Positions 49,066 through 58,950 of a DNA stretch of 64,000 bases are shown here, piece after piece. This DNA is from Patescibacteria group bacterium (GTDB lineage Bacteria > Patescibacteriota > Microgenomatia > UBA1400 > PJMF01): positions 265,417-329,416 of the forward strand of contig JBDTME010000001.1 in the NCBI GenBank assembly GCA_039934415.1, given 5' to 3'. The notes beneath the pieces are model-generated. The model had not been told where the DNA came from, ran no database searches, and was given only the letters and a program-made list of their open reading frames with translations. Position 1 is the stretch's first letter. The number at the start of each line of letters is the position of its first letter. Made by a program: the position numbers and the translations under genes.

Positions 49066-49674
49066 TTATGGTGTCGTACCGTTAAATACGAAATCATAAG
49101 TCATGGTTTCTCCTTGAAGTTGATCAGTTGGATCAGCATCATTGATTAAATCCCATGTTGTGAACTTAAGGACTACTCCTTGAGTTGCACCCACACCAAG
49201 TGTGGTTCCAAGATTAATACCTGCTGGGTTTAACCCTTGCCAGGCTAACATAGTCATTGGTCCTGCAATTGAAGCAGAAAGTTCTCCTCCATCAACAACA
49301 CCATTGCTAATCGCATCATTCCAGAGAAATGCCTCTATTTTAATCTCATTTCGCAATGCTGTATTTGCTACAGTTGGAAAGTTATTGAGAGTTAACTTAA
49401 GAGGAACAGTACCATCGTTATAGACTTTTGCTAAATAGTCCTGACTCCACCCTGGATAAATATTTTCAAAATCCACAGTGTTATCAAGAGTTTGAGACAA
49501 ATTGCCTACATCGTTTGTACCTGTAACATCCTGGTACAACTTCAAAGAAGCTGTTCCAGTGCTAAAGGTATTTCCAGTCACGGTTGCGTTTGCAGTAAAA
49601 GCTGCCAAAGACGTTTGAACCATCAAAACAGCCAATAATGTTACTACCACCGTACTTTTTAAAATGTTTTTCAT
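49066..49674 (-). CDS. TasA/camelysin-like secreted protein
   Basis: SLAAFTANATVTGNTFSTGTASL SipW-class signal; NIYPG, VYNDGTVP, DQLQG..YDFVFNG; RBS before ATG 49674. Confidence 0.78.
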   Translation of the reverse strand: MKNILKSTVVVTLLAVLMVQTSLAAFTANATVTGNTFSTGTASLKLYQDVTGTNDVGNLSQTLDNTVDFENIYPGWSQDYLAKVYNDGTVPLKLTLNNFPTVANTALRNEIKIEAFLWNDAISNGVVDGGELSASIAGPMTMLAWQGLNPAGINLGTTLGVGATQGVVLKFTTWDLINDADPTDQLQGETMTYDFVFNGTTP

Positions 49675-49919
49675 GTATGTTTCACCACCTTCCCAAAAGA
49701 CTATTTTTATAACATGGTCAGTTTGACCCAATCCGCACCAGTCACAAGTAACCACTGTGTCTACAGTCAAAGACGAGAGCACTGTAGTTACCTTTTTTGT
49801 GATTTGTGCAGAATTAGTTATAGAGTACTGAAAACACCGGTGTCAAGCGAATATTTTTTTTGCTGTTCGCATTTACTATGCATTCAGATGTATCTGCATA
49901 ATTTAAATTATGGTTAGCT

Positions 49920-50819
49920 CTAAAAAGTTGAAGCTTTAATTTCAAAGTCTTTAAATTCTATATCCATAAAGTCGCTACGAATGCCACCATAGCCTGCATT
50001 CAAAATAGGAATACCTGTAACACTATTTTTACTATCCAAATACTCAAACACTTGACTCCATTCACCTGAAGACGTGGTATCTAGGTAAAACCTTATTCTG
50101 ACAGTTGAGTCGGTTGTATTAACGAGTTCAGACTTTATTCTTAACCAGGTATTTAACGGTAAAAGATTTGGATTTGTATTTCGATCATATTTCCCCGGAA
50201 ATATCTGCTTCTCAGCTAGAGTAAAGTAAATTCCATTTTGTTTCTTTTTGATGATTGCATGTCCATCAACTCTCACACCTAAATAGTACAAATTATTACC
50301 ATCTTGATATCTGTTAAATAGCAAAACACCGTTGGATTGATTACGATTATCACTTGCAGATAAGTTGATCTTATTAATTTTAAAACTTACTTGCTGATAA
50401 AAGTCCTTGTACAATTTTAAATTCACCAAACGCAACATATTTTGAGGATGATAACCATCATCAGTGTCTTTGGGATTGTTCTTGGAATACAACAACCTCC
50501 ATTTATCATTCGTTGGCAGACTTCCTTGTACTGTCTTACAAATACCATTCACTCCATCAACCATACCACCTGAATTCACCCACCATAAAGAACTATAAAA
50601 ACCTTTAACACCTGATTCCTTAATTGAAACAACAGAGTCAAAGCAATCAAGTACTGGAACAGACGTAGGAGTAAATATCACCGATGTTGAGAGTGACAGA
50701 ACTTCAGGATTACTTTGCTTCTTAAGCCTACTAAAAAAATGATTAGCGATTATTACCGCTACTGTAAAAATGGATAAAAAAATTATGAATTTAATACTAA
50801 TTCGTTGAAACATTAACAT
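49920..50819 (-). CDS. Secreted/anchored beta-rich hypothetical protein (lectin-like fold suspected)
   Basis: N-terminal TM; RYQDGNNLYY resembles the deacetylase C-terminal domain. Confidence 0.65.
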   Translation of the reverse strand: MLMFQRISIKFIIFLSIFTVAVIIANHFFSRLKKQSNPEVLSLSTSVIFTPTSVPVLDCFDSVVSIKESGVKGFYSSLWWVNSGGMVDGVNGICKTVQGSLPTNDKWRLLYSKNNPKDTDDGYHPQNMLRLVNLKLYKDFYQQVSFKINKINLSASDNRNQSNGVLLFNRYQDGNNLYYLGVRVDGHAIIKKKQNGIYFTLAEKQIFPGKYDRNTNPNLLPLNTWLRIKSELVNTTDSTVRIRFYLDTTSSGEWSQVFEYLDSKNSVTGIPILNAGYGGIRSDFMDIEFKDFEIKASTF

Positions 50820-52374
50820 TTTTAATAACTACCTCACTGTTATTTAGAGTTTTGTCCCAAGTTTGAAAACCAATTCCTCCAGTCAACAATGTATTACTCA
50901 CTTTTTTTGCTGAAATGATCTCCGTGCCATTAATGCTACATCCAACACGGTCTTTATTCACTGCCATCTTCAGGGATAGTTCATTCATATTTAGCAGAGA
51001 AATTCTTGTACGCGTCTTCGAGGAGTTTTTAGACTCAGCTAGCTTAATATCCTTTCCCTCGACTCTTTGCCTAATACTTGTATATTTTGAAGTAAAATTA
51101 CAACTTATATAGTTGTTTCCATCTCTGTAGCGAGAAATTAAACTAACGCTCTCTCCTTTCTTTAAATCCACAAACGCTGAGAATAAATAATCTGTCCAAG
51201 CAAGTGTTCCGTCAAGAAAAGTTGAACCACCACTTCGATCCACTGTTGATGCTATAAACAAACTATCATTTTCATGATACAGATCTCCTCTTGTTTTTAC
51301 CCAGCCCTTATTGCTTTTAAAATCATCCTCAAACGGTAATTGTTTTGAAACTCCTATTTCCATTTTGGTCAACAGGTCTTCTTGATTCCAATCAGGACCT
51401 ATCTCAATTCTTTTTACCACAGCAGAACCTGTTGATTCTTTTTCAGCATTAAAATAGTTTTGACTGAACACTTCGTTTTGTTTTAGTTGAACGAAAGACA
51501 TTTTAAAGTTCTTGTTCATAACCTTGGCAATATCGTCTATCGCACTAGGGTTATTTTTTTGTACTTGACCGTAATCTCCAAACGGATATGCAAAACTAGT
51601 AACTTTTGTTTTTAAAACATCTTGAATATCTTTCTTTACGCCTCCTAAATCGGTAGTTATTCTTTGTATATATTCGTCATGCGTTTCAAGTCGATTTTTT
51701 TCAGAAAGCCATAGCTTATTACTGTAAAAATAACCTTTTTCGTTCTGTTCGTTTATATTAAATAAATCGTGACCATTTTTTGAATGTGCTTGAATTTCCC
51801 ATCGTCCGCTCACTAGCATTTTACTTAATTCAACTTTATTCAAATAGTATCTACTTGATTCAAACAAGGAATGATTGCTGATAATAAACATTACTGCTTT
51901 GTATCCAAGAGCATCAAGAATGGGATCCACTGGGTAGTAACTATCTTTTCTTCCATCATCGAATGTCAAAAGAAAAGACTTTTCAGGTAACTCTTTACCA
52001 TTTTTTAAAAAGCCATACAAGTCTTCTAAAGTGATGGTTTCATATCCTTTACTCTTTAAATAGACCATTTGATTTCTAAAGTCATCAATGATGATATTTG
52101 ATGCATCACCTTTTGATATGACACCGTGATATACCAGTACAGGCAATGATTTTGCATAAACAACAGGGTCAGAATTCTTTAAGTACTTCTGATGTTCTGA
52201 AAGTTTAATTTTATAAGAGGGAAGCAGACTTTTGGTTATTAGATCGAGATTTAATTGTTTCAAAAAATCAATTTGATTTATGAAAAAAGCAATTAATATT
52301 ATTTGGGCGCAAACCACTAAAAACAGATAAAAGGACTTTTTTCTTTTGTTTTTTTTTAAATCTATTTTTTTCAC
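50797..52374 (-). CDS. Polysaccharide deacetylase (IcaB/PgaB-like CE4) with extra C-terminal domain
   Basis: PVLVYH, LTFDDG, IQAHS..H, FAYPFG. Confidence 0.88.
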   Translation of the reverse strand: MKKIDLKKNKRKKSFYLFLVVCAQIILIAFFINQIDFLKQLNLDLITKSLLPSYKIKLSEHQKYLKNSDPVVYAKSLPVLVYHGVISKGDASNIIIDDFRNQMVYLKSKGYETITLEDLYGFLKNGKELPEKSFLLTFDDGRKDSYYPVDPILDALGYKAVMFIISNHSLFESSRYYLNKVELSKMLVSGRWEIQAHSKNGHDLFNINEQNEKGYFYSNKLWLSEKNRLETHDEYIQRITTDLGGVKKDIQDVLKTKVTSFAYPFGDYGQVQKNNPSAIDDIAKVMNKNFKMSFVQLKQNEVFSQNYFNAEKESTGSAVVKRIEIGPDWNQEDLLTKMEIGVSKQLPFEDDFKSNKGWVKTRGDLYHENDSLFIASTVDRSGGSTFLDGTLAWTDYLFSAFVDLKKGESVSLISRYRDGNNYISCNFTSKYTSIRQRVEGKDIKLAESKNSSKTRTRISLLNMNELSLKMAVNKDRVGCSINGTEIISAKKVSNTLLTGGIGFQTWDKTLNNSEVVIKNVNVSTN

Positions 52375-52379
52375 GTTTT

Positions 52380-53672
52380 TTATCTAGTACCCCATTTAGA
52401 GTCTCTAAGTGTCAATATAGCCCAAGGTAATTGCCATATTAAAATGACAGAGTAAAACGCAGCGAATACTACTCCAAAAACCCATTTTCTGTCCCTCGTG
52501 TGTATGTAGTAATACAGACCATATACAATAGCCATTAAAATTAACCCGAATAAATATAGCCAGGGAATGGCATCATGTACAAATGGATACCAAATTAAGG
52601 CTCTAATTACAACAACTGGTGCTAGTAAAGGTAATATAACTCCCAAATAAAATGAAAAACTCATAAGTGGGTGTCTCCTCCAGATAAAACTTCCTGCCAT
52701 TAAACTCTCTCTCACCCATGATTTTTTCCATCTCAATTGCTGTTTCATAAATTTCGTGAAACTATTTGGCACTATGGTGTATGACTTTGCCTCTGGCGCA
52801 TATAATGCTTTGTGCCCTCTACGCAACACAAAATTAGTTAAACTTCTGTCATCTCCATAGGTACATTGGATCCCTAAAAATCTTTGGTTAAGCCATTTGT
52901 CTATGACTGGTAATAAATCCTGTCTTCTATACGCAGAACAACAACCAGAACAACAAGTAACACTGTCAAACATAGCCTCAGCAGCTTTGTACGCTTTAAA
53001 TGCTACAAAGTACCTTGCAGATTGCATCTTTGTAATAAAATTTTCATCAGCATTAGCAACAAAAGCGTGTCCTGCGACTGCAGCGACCTTATCATCAAGA
53101 AAGTATTTCACTAACTCCTTTGCTGTCCTTTTTTCAACAAAACTGTCAGAATCAATAAAAATAATGATGTCGTTCTTTGATCTATTTACGGCTTCACCCA
53201 TCCCTTCTCTTTTTCCCTTATTCACTTTCCAATTTACGATTTTTATCTTGACTTTCTTTCTCTTTGCAATTTTTTGAGCCTTTATCATTTCAGCCAGTGT
53301 ATTGTCAGTTGATGCATCATTTACAGCAATAATTTCAAACTTCTTTTTAGGATAATCAATCTGTGAAATCTTAAGAAGGGTCTTTCTTATATTTTCACCC
53401 TCATTGTAAGAAGGTATGCCAAAAGAAATTGTTGGTTGGAAATTTGCATCGAATTTTTCTAGATCTGGCTCGTAAAAATAAGATATGATAAATCTACTCA
53501 GAATATAAAAAGTAACAGCTAAACTGTAACTGCCAAAAAAAATGTTATTATCTATTTCTTGAATTGTTATAAACTTGATGAGAAAAACAATATAGATCGT
53601 GAAAAAGAGAACAATCCATGCGTTGATATTTCTTTCAGTATAAAATTTGTGAATTGCTTTTAATTTTTTCAC
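52380..53672 (-). CDS. Processive GT2 synthase, hyaluronan synthase/NodC-like
   Basis: PSYNE, FIDSDS, CCSGCCSAYR, GDDRSLTN, QQLRWKKSW, WGTR. Confidence 0.85.
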   Translation of the reverse strand: MKKLKAIHKFYTERNINAWIVLFFTIYIVFLIKFITIQEIDNNIFFGSYSLAVTFYILSRFIISYFYEPDLEKFDANFQPTISFGIPSYNEGENIRKTLLKISQIDYPKKKFEIIAVNDASTDNTLAEMIKAQKIAKRKKVKIKIVNWKVNKGKREGMGEAVNRSKNDIIIFIDSDSFVEKRTAKELVKYFLDDKVAAVAGHAFVANADENFITKMQSARYFVAFKAYKAAEAMFDSVTCCSGCCSAYRRQDLLPVIDKWLNQRFLGIQCTYGDDRSLTNFVLRRGHKALYAPEAKSYTIVPNSFTKFMKQQLRWKKSWVRESLMAGSFIWRRHPLMSFSFYLGVILPLLAPVVVIRALIWYPFVHDAIPWLYLFGLILMAIVYGLYYYIHTRDRKWVFGVVFAAFYSVILIWQLPWAILTLRDSKWGTR

Positions 53673-54955
53673 TATCGCCCAATTCCAATGTAGAGAATGT
53701 CGGATTCAAGATATCCAATTTTACTCAGGCTGTTTCGTCCGTCGATTATTATTGACACACCAAATTTCTTCAATAAATCTGGTGTGAGTTGCTTAAATTC
53801 CTGATGTGATGTTGTTAATATAACTGCATCAGCACCTTTGAGGGCTTTTTCTATGGATTGAACATTCGATTTCTTTGGCAAATGCGGATCAAAAACTTGA
53901 ACTTTTTTCACACCAATCTCATTCAACTCTTTTATCACTTCGTACGAAGGACTCTCTCGATCATCACCTACATTAGCTTTATATGATAATCCTAAAACTG
54001 CCACTGTAGAGTCTTTGACGTGTATATTTTTTTGCTTTAGTGCTTCTTGTAATTTCGTCACAGTATATCTTGGCATTGCTTCATTCGTTTGACAAGCAAT
54101 TTCCAAAAAAGTGTGCTTAAAATTGTTTTTTCTGGCGTAGTCTATTAAGTAATAAGGATCGACTGGTATACAGTGACCACCTATCCCGCAACCAGGATAA
54201 TGTGCCATAAAGGCAAAGGGCTTAGTGGCAGCGCCATCAATTACATTAACTACATCAATACCCAATTTATCAAAAGACATAGCAAGCTCATTCACAAAAG
54301 CAATATTGACATTTCGAAAAGCATTTTCTACTACCTTGACGGACTCTGCCTCTTTCAGTGTTTGCATCAGCTTTACTTTTCCTGAAATAATCGATTTATA
54401 AAACTGAGCTGCTAAATTAGTACTATTCTTGTCAAAGCCACCCACAACTCTAGGAATATTAGAGACATTCCATTTAGCATCGCCAGGATTAATGCGTTCA
54501 GGACAATGTGCTACATAAAAATCTTCACCAACCTTCAAACCAGACTTTTCAAGAATTGGAATAATTATCTCTTCACAAACTCCGGGGTTAACAGTCGACT
54601 CCAAAATCACTAACTGACCTTTTTGTAAATTCGATGCAATGCTTTCAGCTGCAGCTTCCACAGGACCGTAGTCAGGCAGTCGATTGCTATGAATTGGAGT
54701 TGGTACGCAAATAATAATAATGGATGCTTTTTTTATTTTCTTGACATCTGCTGTGGCATGAACTTTCGCAACCAACATTAATTCTTCTACAAACTTTTCC
54801 TTAAAAGGAGATTCACTTTTATTGATTAGTTTTACTTTTTTTACATCCTTTTCAACACCAATAACTTCATACCCCTTTAGATTAGCCAAAAGTGCCAAAG
54901 GTAAACCAACATAACCTAAACCAATTACAGCAACGACTGGAAACTTTTGAAGCAT
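53672..54955 (-). CDS. UDP-N-acetylhexosamine dehydrogenase (WbpA/WecC-like)
   Basis: IGLGYVGLP, ICVPTP, LESTVNPG, CPERINPG, GGHCIPVDPYYL, DDRESP. Confidence 0.88.
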   Translation of the reverse strand: MLQKFPVVAVIGLGYVGLPLALLANLKGYEVIGVEKDVKKVKLINKSESPFKEKFVEELMLVAKVHATADVKKIKKASIIIICVPTPIHSNRLPDYGPVEAAAESIASNLQKGQLVILESTVNPGVCEEIIIPILEKSGLKVGEDFYVAHCPERINPGDAKWNVSNIPRVVGGFDKNSTNLAAQFYKSIISGKVKLMQTLKEAESVKVVENAFRNVNIAFVNELAMSFDKLGIDVVNVIDGAATKPFAFMAHYPGCGIGGHCIPVDPYYLIDYARKNNFKHTFLEIACQTNEAMPRYTVTKLQEALKQKNIHVKDSTVAVLGLSYKANVGDDRESPSYEVIKELNEIGVKKVQVFDPHLPKKSNVQSIEKALKGADAVILTTSHQEFKQLTPDLLKKFGVSIIIDGRNSLSKIGYLESDILYIGIGR

Positions 54956-55153
54956 AGGGATTTTTGATGAAAAGTAAAAATTTTTACGAGATACATCAAT
55001 AACATATTTAAGAGAAGTACGCAAGAAAGGAGTTTCAAGGCATGAGGTAGCTCAGAAGGATCCCAGTTTAACCCGAAATGCACTTAAGAGCCACCTCAGC
55101 CCCGTTAGTGTAAAACGTCTGGTGAAAAAAATAAAGAGAGAAAAAGTGATTTT

Positions 55154-55921
55154 TTATTTTAGGAAATTTTCGATTAACGCACCAACGATGTAGGCTGCAC
55201 TTGCTGCTGTTGCACCAATTACCAACATCTCAAGACCATTTTTCCACCAGGTCCCTTTCGTAATGAAAGTTCGTAAACTCCCCACAAAAAATAACGTACC
55301 TGCAGTTGATAAGATCGATAACGGGAACTGATAAGATAAAGCTAGAGGGAATCCAGCAAATTCCACAAAGTACGGCATCAGAGGCAAAGAACCTGCCAGC
55401 ATGAACGCCAAGAAAGTCATTGCCCCAGTTTTCCAAATCTTCCCATCAAAGTTCGGCACTACACCCATTTCGTCAATAAACCCTAACTCTGTCCACAACT
55501 TAGGATACTTAGTGATCGTTGAAGCTAGTTTTTCTGCTTCGCCAATATCCACGCCTTTTTTTACAAAATACTCAATTAACTCAGTCTTTTCCTCATTCGG
55601 GATATTTCGGATTTCCCACTTCTCGATCTCAAACTGATGCTGCTTGTGACGACGTTCTGACCGCTCCCCCAAATAATCACCCATACCCATCGAAATGCCA
55701 TCAGCAATTAAATTCGCAATTCCCATAATCAAAATAATCGACGGCGACAACCCGGCACCCGCCACTCCAGCTACGACAGCAAATGTAGTCACAATCCCAT
55801 CATTTGCCCCAAATACAGCCGCTTTGAGCAAACCACTATCAAACACACCATGGATTTTCTCAGCTTGACCATCGTGATGGAGTTTTTTCGCTTCTTTGAT
55901 AGTGAGATTTACTGCAGACAT
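55154..55921 (-). CDS. VIT1/CCC1 family Fe/Mn transporter
   Basis: VFGANDGIVTTFAVVAG, ANLIADGISMGMGDYL. Confidence 0.92.
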   Translation of the reverse strand: MSAVNLTIKEAKKLHHDGQAEKIHGVFDSGLLKAAVFGANDGIVTTFAVVAGVAGAGLSPSIILIMGIANLIADGISMGMGDYLGERSERRHKQHQFEIEKWEIRNIPNEEKTELIEYFVKKGVDIGEAEKLASTITKYPKLWTELGFIDEMGVVPNFDGKIWKTGAMTFLAFMLAGSLPLMPYFVEFAGFPLALSYQFPLSILSTAGTLFFVGSLRTFITKGTWWKNGLEMLVIGATAASAAYIVGALIENFLK

Positions 55922-55941
55922 AAAATTTTAAATTTTGAGTT

Positions 55942-56976
55942 TTAAGCTTTCAATACTTGCTCAATCAATCGATTACAATAACCAAACTCATTATCATACC
56001 AGCTGACAACTTTGACGAGGTCTCCCCCAATCACTTGCGTTAGTGCTAAATCAACAATTGAGGATTCGCGTCGACCAACAATGTCAGATGAGACAATCGG
56101 TTCAGTAGTTACTGCTAACAATCCTTTCCAACGATCACTCTGCGAGGCTTCGGTCAACTTTTGATTGACCTCTTCTACAGTCGTCGGACGTTTCGTTACA
56201 AAAACCATATCGGAAATCGAACCGACCGAAACTGGTACGCGATACGAAATACCATCAAACAGACCTTTTAATTCTGGAATAGTTTCCGTCACTGCAATTG
56301 CTGCGCCAGTCGAAGTTGGAATAATATTTACGCCAGCGGTGCGAGCGCGGCGCAAATCTCGATGGGAGTTATCTTGAAGATTCTGATCGTCTGTATAGGC
56401 ATGAATCGTGGACATCAACGCCTTGGCAATCCCAAACTGCTCTTGCATCACCGCCGTCACTGGTGCGACACAGTTCGTCGTACACGATGCGTTGGACATC
56501 ACCTGTCCGGTAGTTTGATTCACACCCAACACGCCAGTCTGAATTCCATCTCCTTTAGCGGGAGCCGATAAAATCACTCGTTGTGCACCAGCTTGTAAGT
56601 GTAACCCTGCTTTTTCTTGAGTTAAAAAGATACCAGTTGACTCTATAATAGTGTTCACACCCATCGACGCCCAAGGCAGTTTTGCTGGATCACGCTGAGC
56701 CGTCACGGCAATTTTTCGATCACCAATGGTTAAATATCCCAACAAAGAATCTTCATCTGTTACATCTTTAGTCGTTTTTAACCGCTCGACTGTAACCTCT
56801 TGATCCCATACGCCATAATTTGAATCGTATTTTAAAAGATGAGCCCAATTCTCAATCTCCATCGAACCAGATGTATTCACCGCCTTCAGGTCCAACTCGT
56901 CTTTGTGAAACATCCACCAAACTCGAAAAGCTGTTCGACCAATCCGTCCAAAACCATTAATTGCAAAAGTCGTCAT
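55942..56976 (-). CDS. gap: Glyceraldehyde-3-phosphate dehydrogenase
   Basis: AINGFGRIGR, SNASCTTNC, IPTSTGAA, WYDNE; GGAGG before ATG 56976. Confidence 0.96.
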   Translation of the reverse strand: MTTFAINGFGRIGRTAFRVWWMFHKDELDLKAVNTSGSMEIENWAHLLKYDSNYGVWDQEVTVERLKTTKDVTDEDSLLGYLTIGDRKIAVTAQRDPAKLPWASMGVNTIIESTGIFLTQEKAGLHLQAGAQRVILSAPAKGDGIQTGVLGVNQTTGQVMSNASCTTNCVAPVTAVMQEQFGIAKALMSTIHAYTDDQNLQDNSHRDLRRARTAGVNIIPTSTGAAIAVTETIPELKGLFDGISYRVPVSVGSISDMVFVTKRPTTVEEVNQKLTEASQSDRWKGLLAVTTEPIVSSDIVGRRESSIVDLALTQVIGGDLVKVVSWYDNEFGYCNRLIEQVLKA

Positions 56977-57071
56977 AAAAACCTCCATATTCAGATAGAC
57001 CCAACATAGCAGATACGGCAAGGTTTGAAAAGGGAAGGAGAGGCAAGTCAAAAATTGTAGAGAAACTGAGC

Positions 57072-58094
57072 TTAGTGTTCCATTTCACTGTGCTCGAGTG
57101 CTTCGAGGAAAGGAAGAGTACCTTTGGCCAGATAGTCGAGCATGGCTCCACCACCAGTACAAACGTGAGTGAACGATTTGAGTTGATCAATCTTGAGTAA
57201 ACTGACCGCTGCTTCGGTGTCCCCACCTCCGATGATTTTAAATCCTCGAGTGCGTGCCACTACGTCAGCAATATAGGCTGTACCTTTGCGAGATTTAGGA
57301 TCTTCATACTTCCCCATTGGACCATTCCAGACAATCGTCTCAGCTTGCACAATAAATCGTTCAAACTGTTCACAAGTTTCATCTGCCAGATCTAAACCAT
57401 CTTTGCGTAGTTCACCAATAATCAATCGGCTATTCGGATTCTTCTCATAGGACATTTCTAGTGGAAGTTGACCTCCAACTAAAATTACATTTGCTCGTTC
57501 ACTAATTGGATTAATCAACGGAATCTTGGTTTCAGGCTTACCACCGCCCAAAATGACCACAAATGGCGATTTAGGCTTTTTAAGCAATTTCTTTAAGACG
57601 GTAATTTCTTTGTAAAACTGAATACCAGTTACAGTCGGCATTAACTCAGTTACTCGAGTTACTGAAGTGTGATCACGATGAGAATCAGCAAAAGCCTCAA
57701 ACACAAACAAGTCATAACCTTTCTTGAGTTCTTTGGCGAATTTATTATTTGGAGTTTCTTCTCGCTCATCAAAACGAAGATTCTCTCCAACCTCCAACCA
57801 TTTTTCCAAATCTTTAGCATTCAGTTTTTTAAATGCTTTGTCCTCGAGTAATCGCTGATACAACAGCTTGGCAATCGGCTTTAACGACAGTTTTTTAACA
57901 ACTTTTCCTTTAGGACGACCAAGATGCGCAATCACCTTGACGTGTTTGGCTTCATTTCTATACAAGTACACCAAAGTTGGAATGCCGTGCTCGAGACGAG
58001 TAGTATCCCATTTCCCTTTAAGTTCAGGCAAATCGAGATCCATTCGGACAAGTACATTGAGATCTTTAACAGGGGTTAAACGCAGAGTTTTCAT
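57072..58094 (-). CDS. pgk: Phosphoglycerate kinase (short, divergent)
   Basis: HLGRP, ENLRF, ILGGGK, VWNGPMG, GGGDT, TGGGA. Confidence 0.9.
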   Translation of the reverse strand: MKTLRLTPVKDLNVLVRMDLDLPELKGKWDTTRLEHGIPTLVYLYRNEAKHVKVIAHLGRPKGKVVKKLSLKPIAKLLYQRLLEDKAFKKLNAKDLEKWLEVGENLRFDEREETPNNKFAKELKKGYDLFVFEAFADSHRDHTSVTRVTELMPTVTGIQFYKEITVLKKLLKKPKSPFVVILGGGKPETKIPLINPISERANVILVGGQLPLEMSYEKNPNSRLIIGELRKDGLDLADETCEQFERFIVQAETIVWNGPMGKYEDPKSRKGTAYIADVVARTRGFKIIGGGDTEAAVSLLKIDQLKSFTHVCTGGGAMLDYLAKGTLPFLEALEHSEMEH

Positions 58095-58183
58095 GAGGGA
58101 TATTATAGCATGAAATCTCTAGTACAGATAAACGGGTTCAGTCAGCGGCTGATTTTCTTCTGGGCATTAACGTGCAAAATATA

Positions 58184-58885
58184 TTACGCTTTCAACAACT
58201 CACCAAACTCATCAACATCTAAACTGGCGTGGCCAACCAAAAAACCTTCAATTTCTTCTTCGGCAATAAATTCATCTATGTTATCAGGATTGACACTGCC
58301 ACCATAAATAATTCGAGCACCACGAAACACCGCTTTCAACTCTCGCATCACTGGTAACACTTCACTCACATCCTGAGCAATCCCAGTACCAATGTGATCG
58401 ACTGGCTCATAGGCGACGACTAACTTGGAATACTTCCCTTTCTCAATAAAGTCAGCTTGTGCATCAATCTCATTTCGGTCAACACAGACAATAGGTGTAA
58501 TTCGTTCTTCTATACAACTTTCCACTTTTTTTGAAACTTCGAGTGAGGATTCCTTAAAGTACTTGCGGCGTTCAGAATGTCCTACAACAGCATACTTCAC
58601 ACCGAACCCAATAAGGTTATGTCCTGACACGGCTCCAGTATATGAACCAGCAGGAAAAGGACTAATATCTTGAACACCTAAAAAAGTGTGGCTATGAAGT
58701 GCTTTGTTTAACAATCGATCACTCACCTGAGAAAGAGAAGGCATCGGAGGACAGATCACAGTGTCATACTTCAGCTTGTCTAACGCAACCAAAATTTCCA
58801 ATTGCTTCTCAAATGTGTGCATCCACTCCTCGACTTCGGCACGATTTTTATTCGATTTCCAATTTGCAATCATCAGTTTATTCAT
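58184..58885 (-). CDS. tpiA: Triosephosphate isomerase
   Basis: ANWK, GSYTG, VGHSERR, AYEP, YGGSV, LVGHASL. Confidence 0.92.
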   Translation of the reverse strand: MNKLMIANWKSNKNRAEVEEWMHTFEKQLEILVALDKLKYDTVICPPMPSLSQVSDRLLNKALHSHTFLGVQDISPFPAGSYTGAVSGHNLIGFGVKYAVVGHSERRKYFKESSLEVSKKVESCIEERITPIVCVDRNEIDAQADFIEKGKYSKLVVAYEPVDHIGTGIAQDVSEVLPVMRELKAVFRGARIIYGGSVNPDNIDEFIAEEEIEGFLVGHASLDVDEFGELLKA

Positions 58886-58950
58886 GAGAATAGTATATAG
58901 TATGTCATATTCAGGTCAAAGTCATAAAAAGGTACAATCACGAATCGCTC

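Noticed and set aside
49680-49790. c-di-GMP riboswitch upstream of the TasA-like gene
   Set aside because: Small hairpins are present (CTACAGT/ACTGTAG), but class I/II consensus features were not found.
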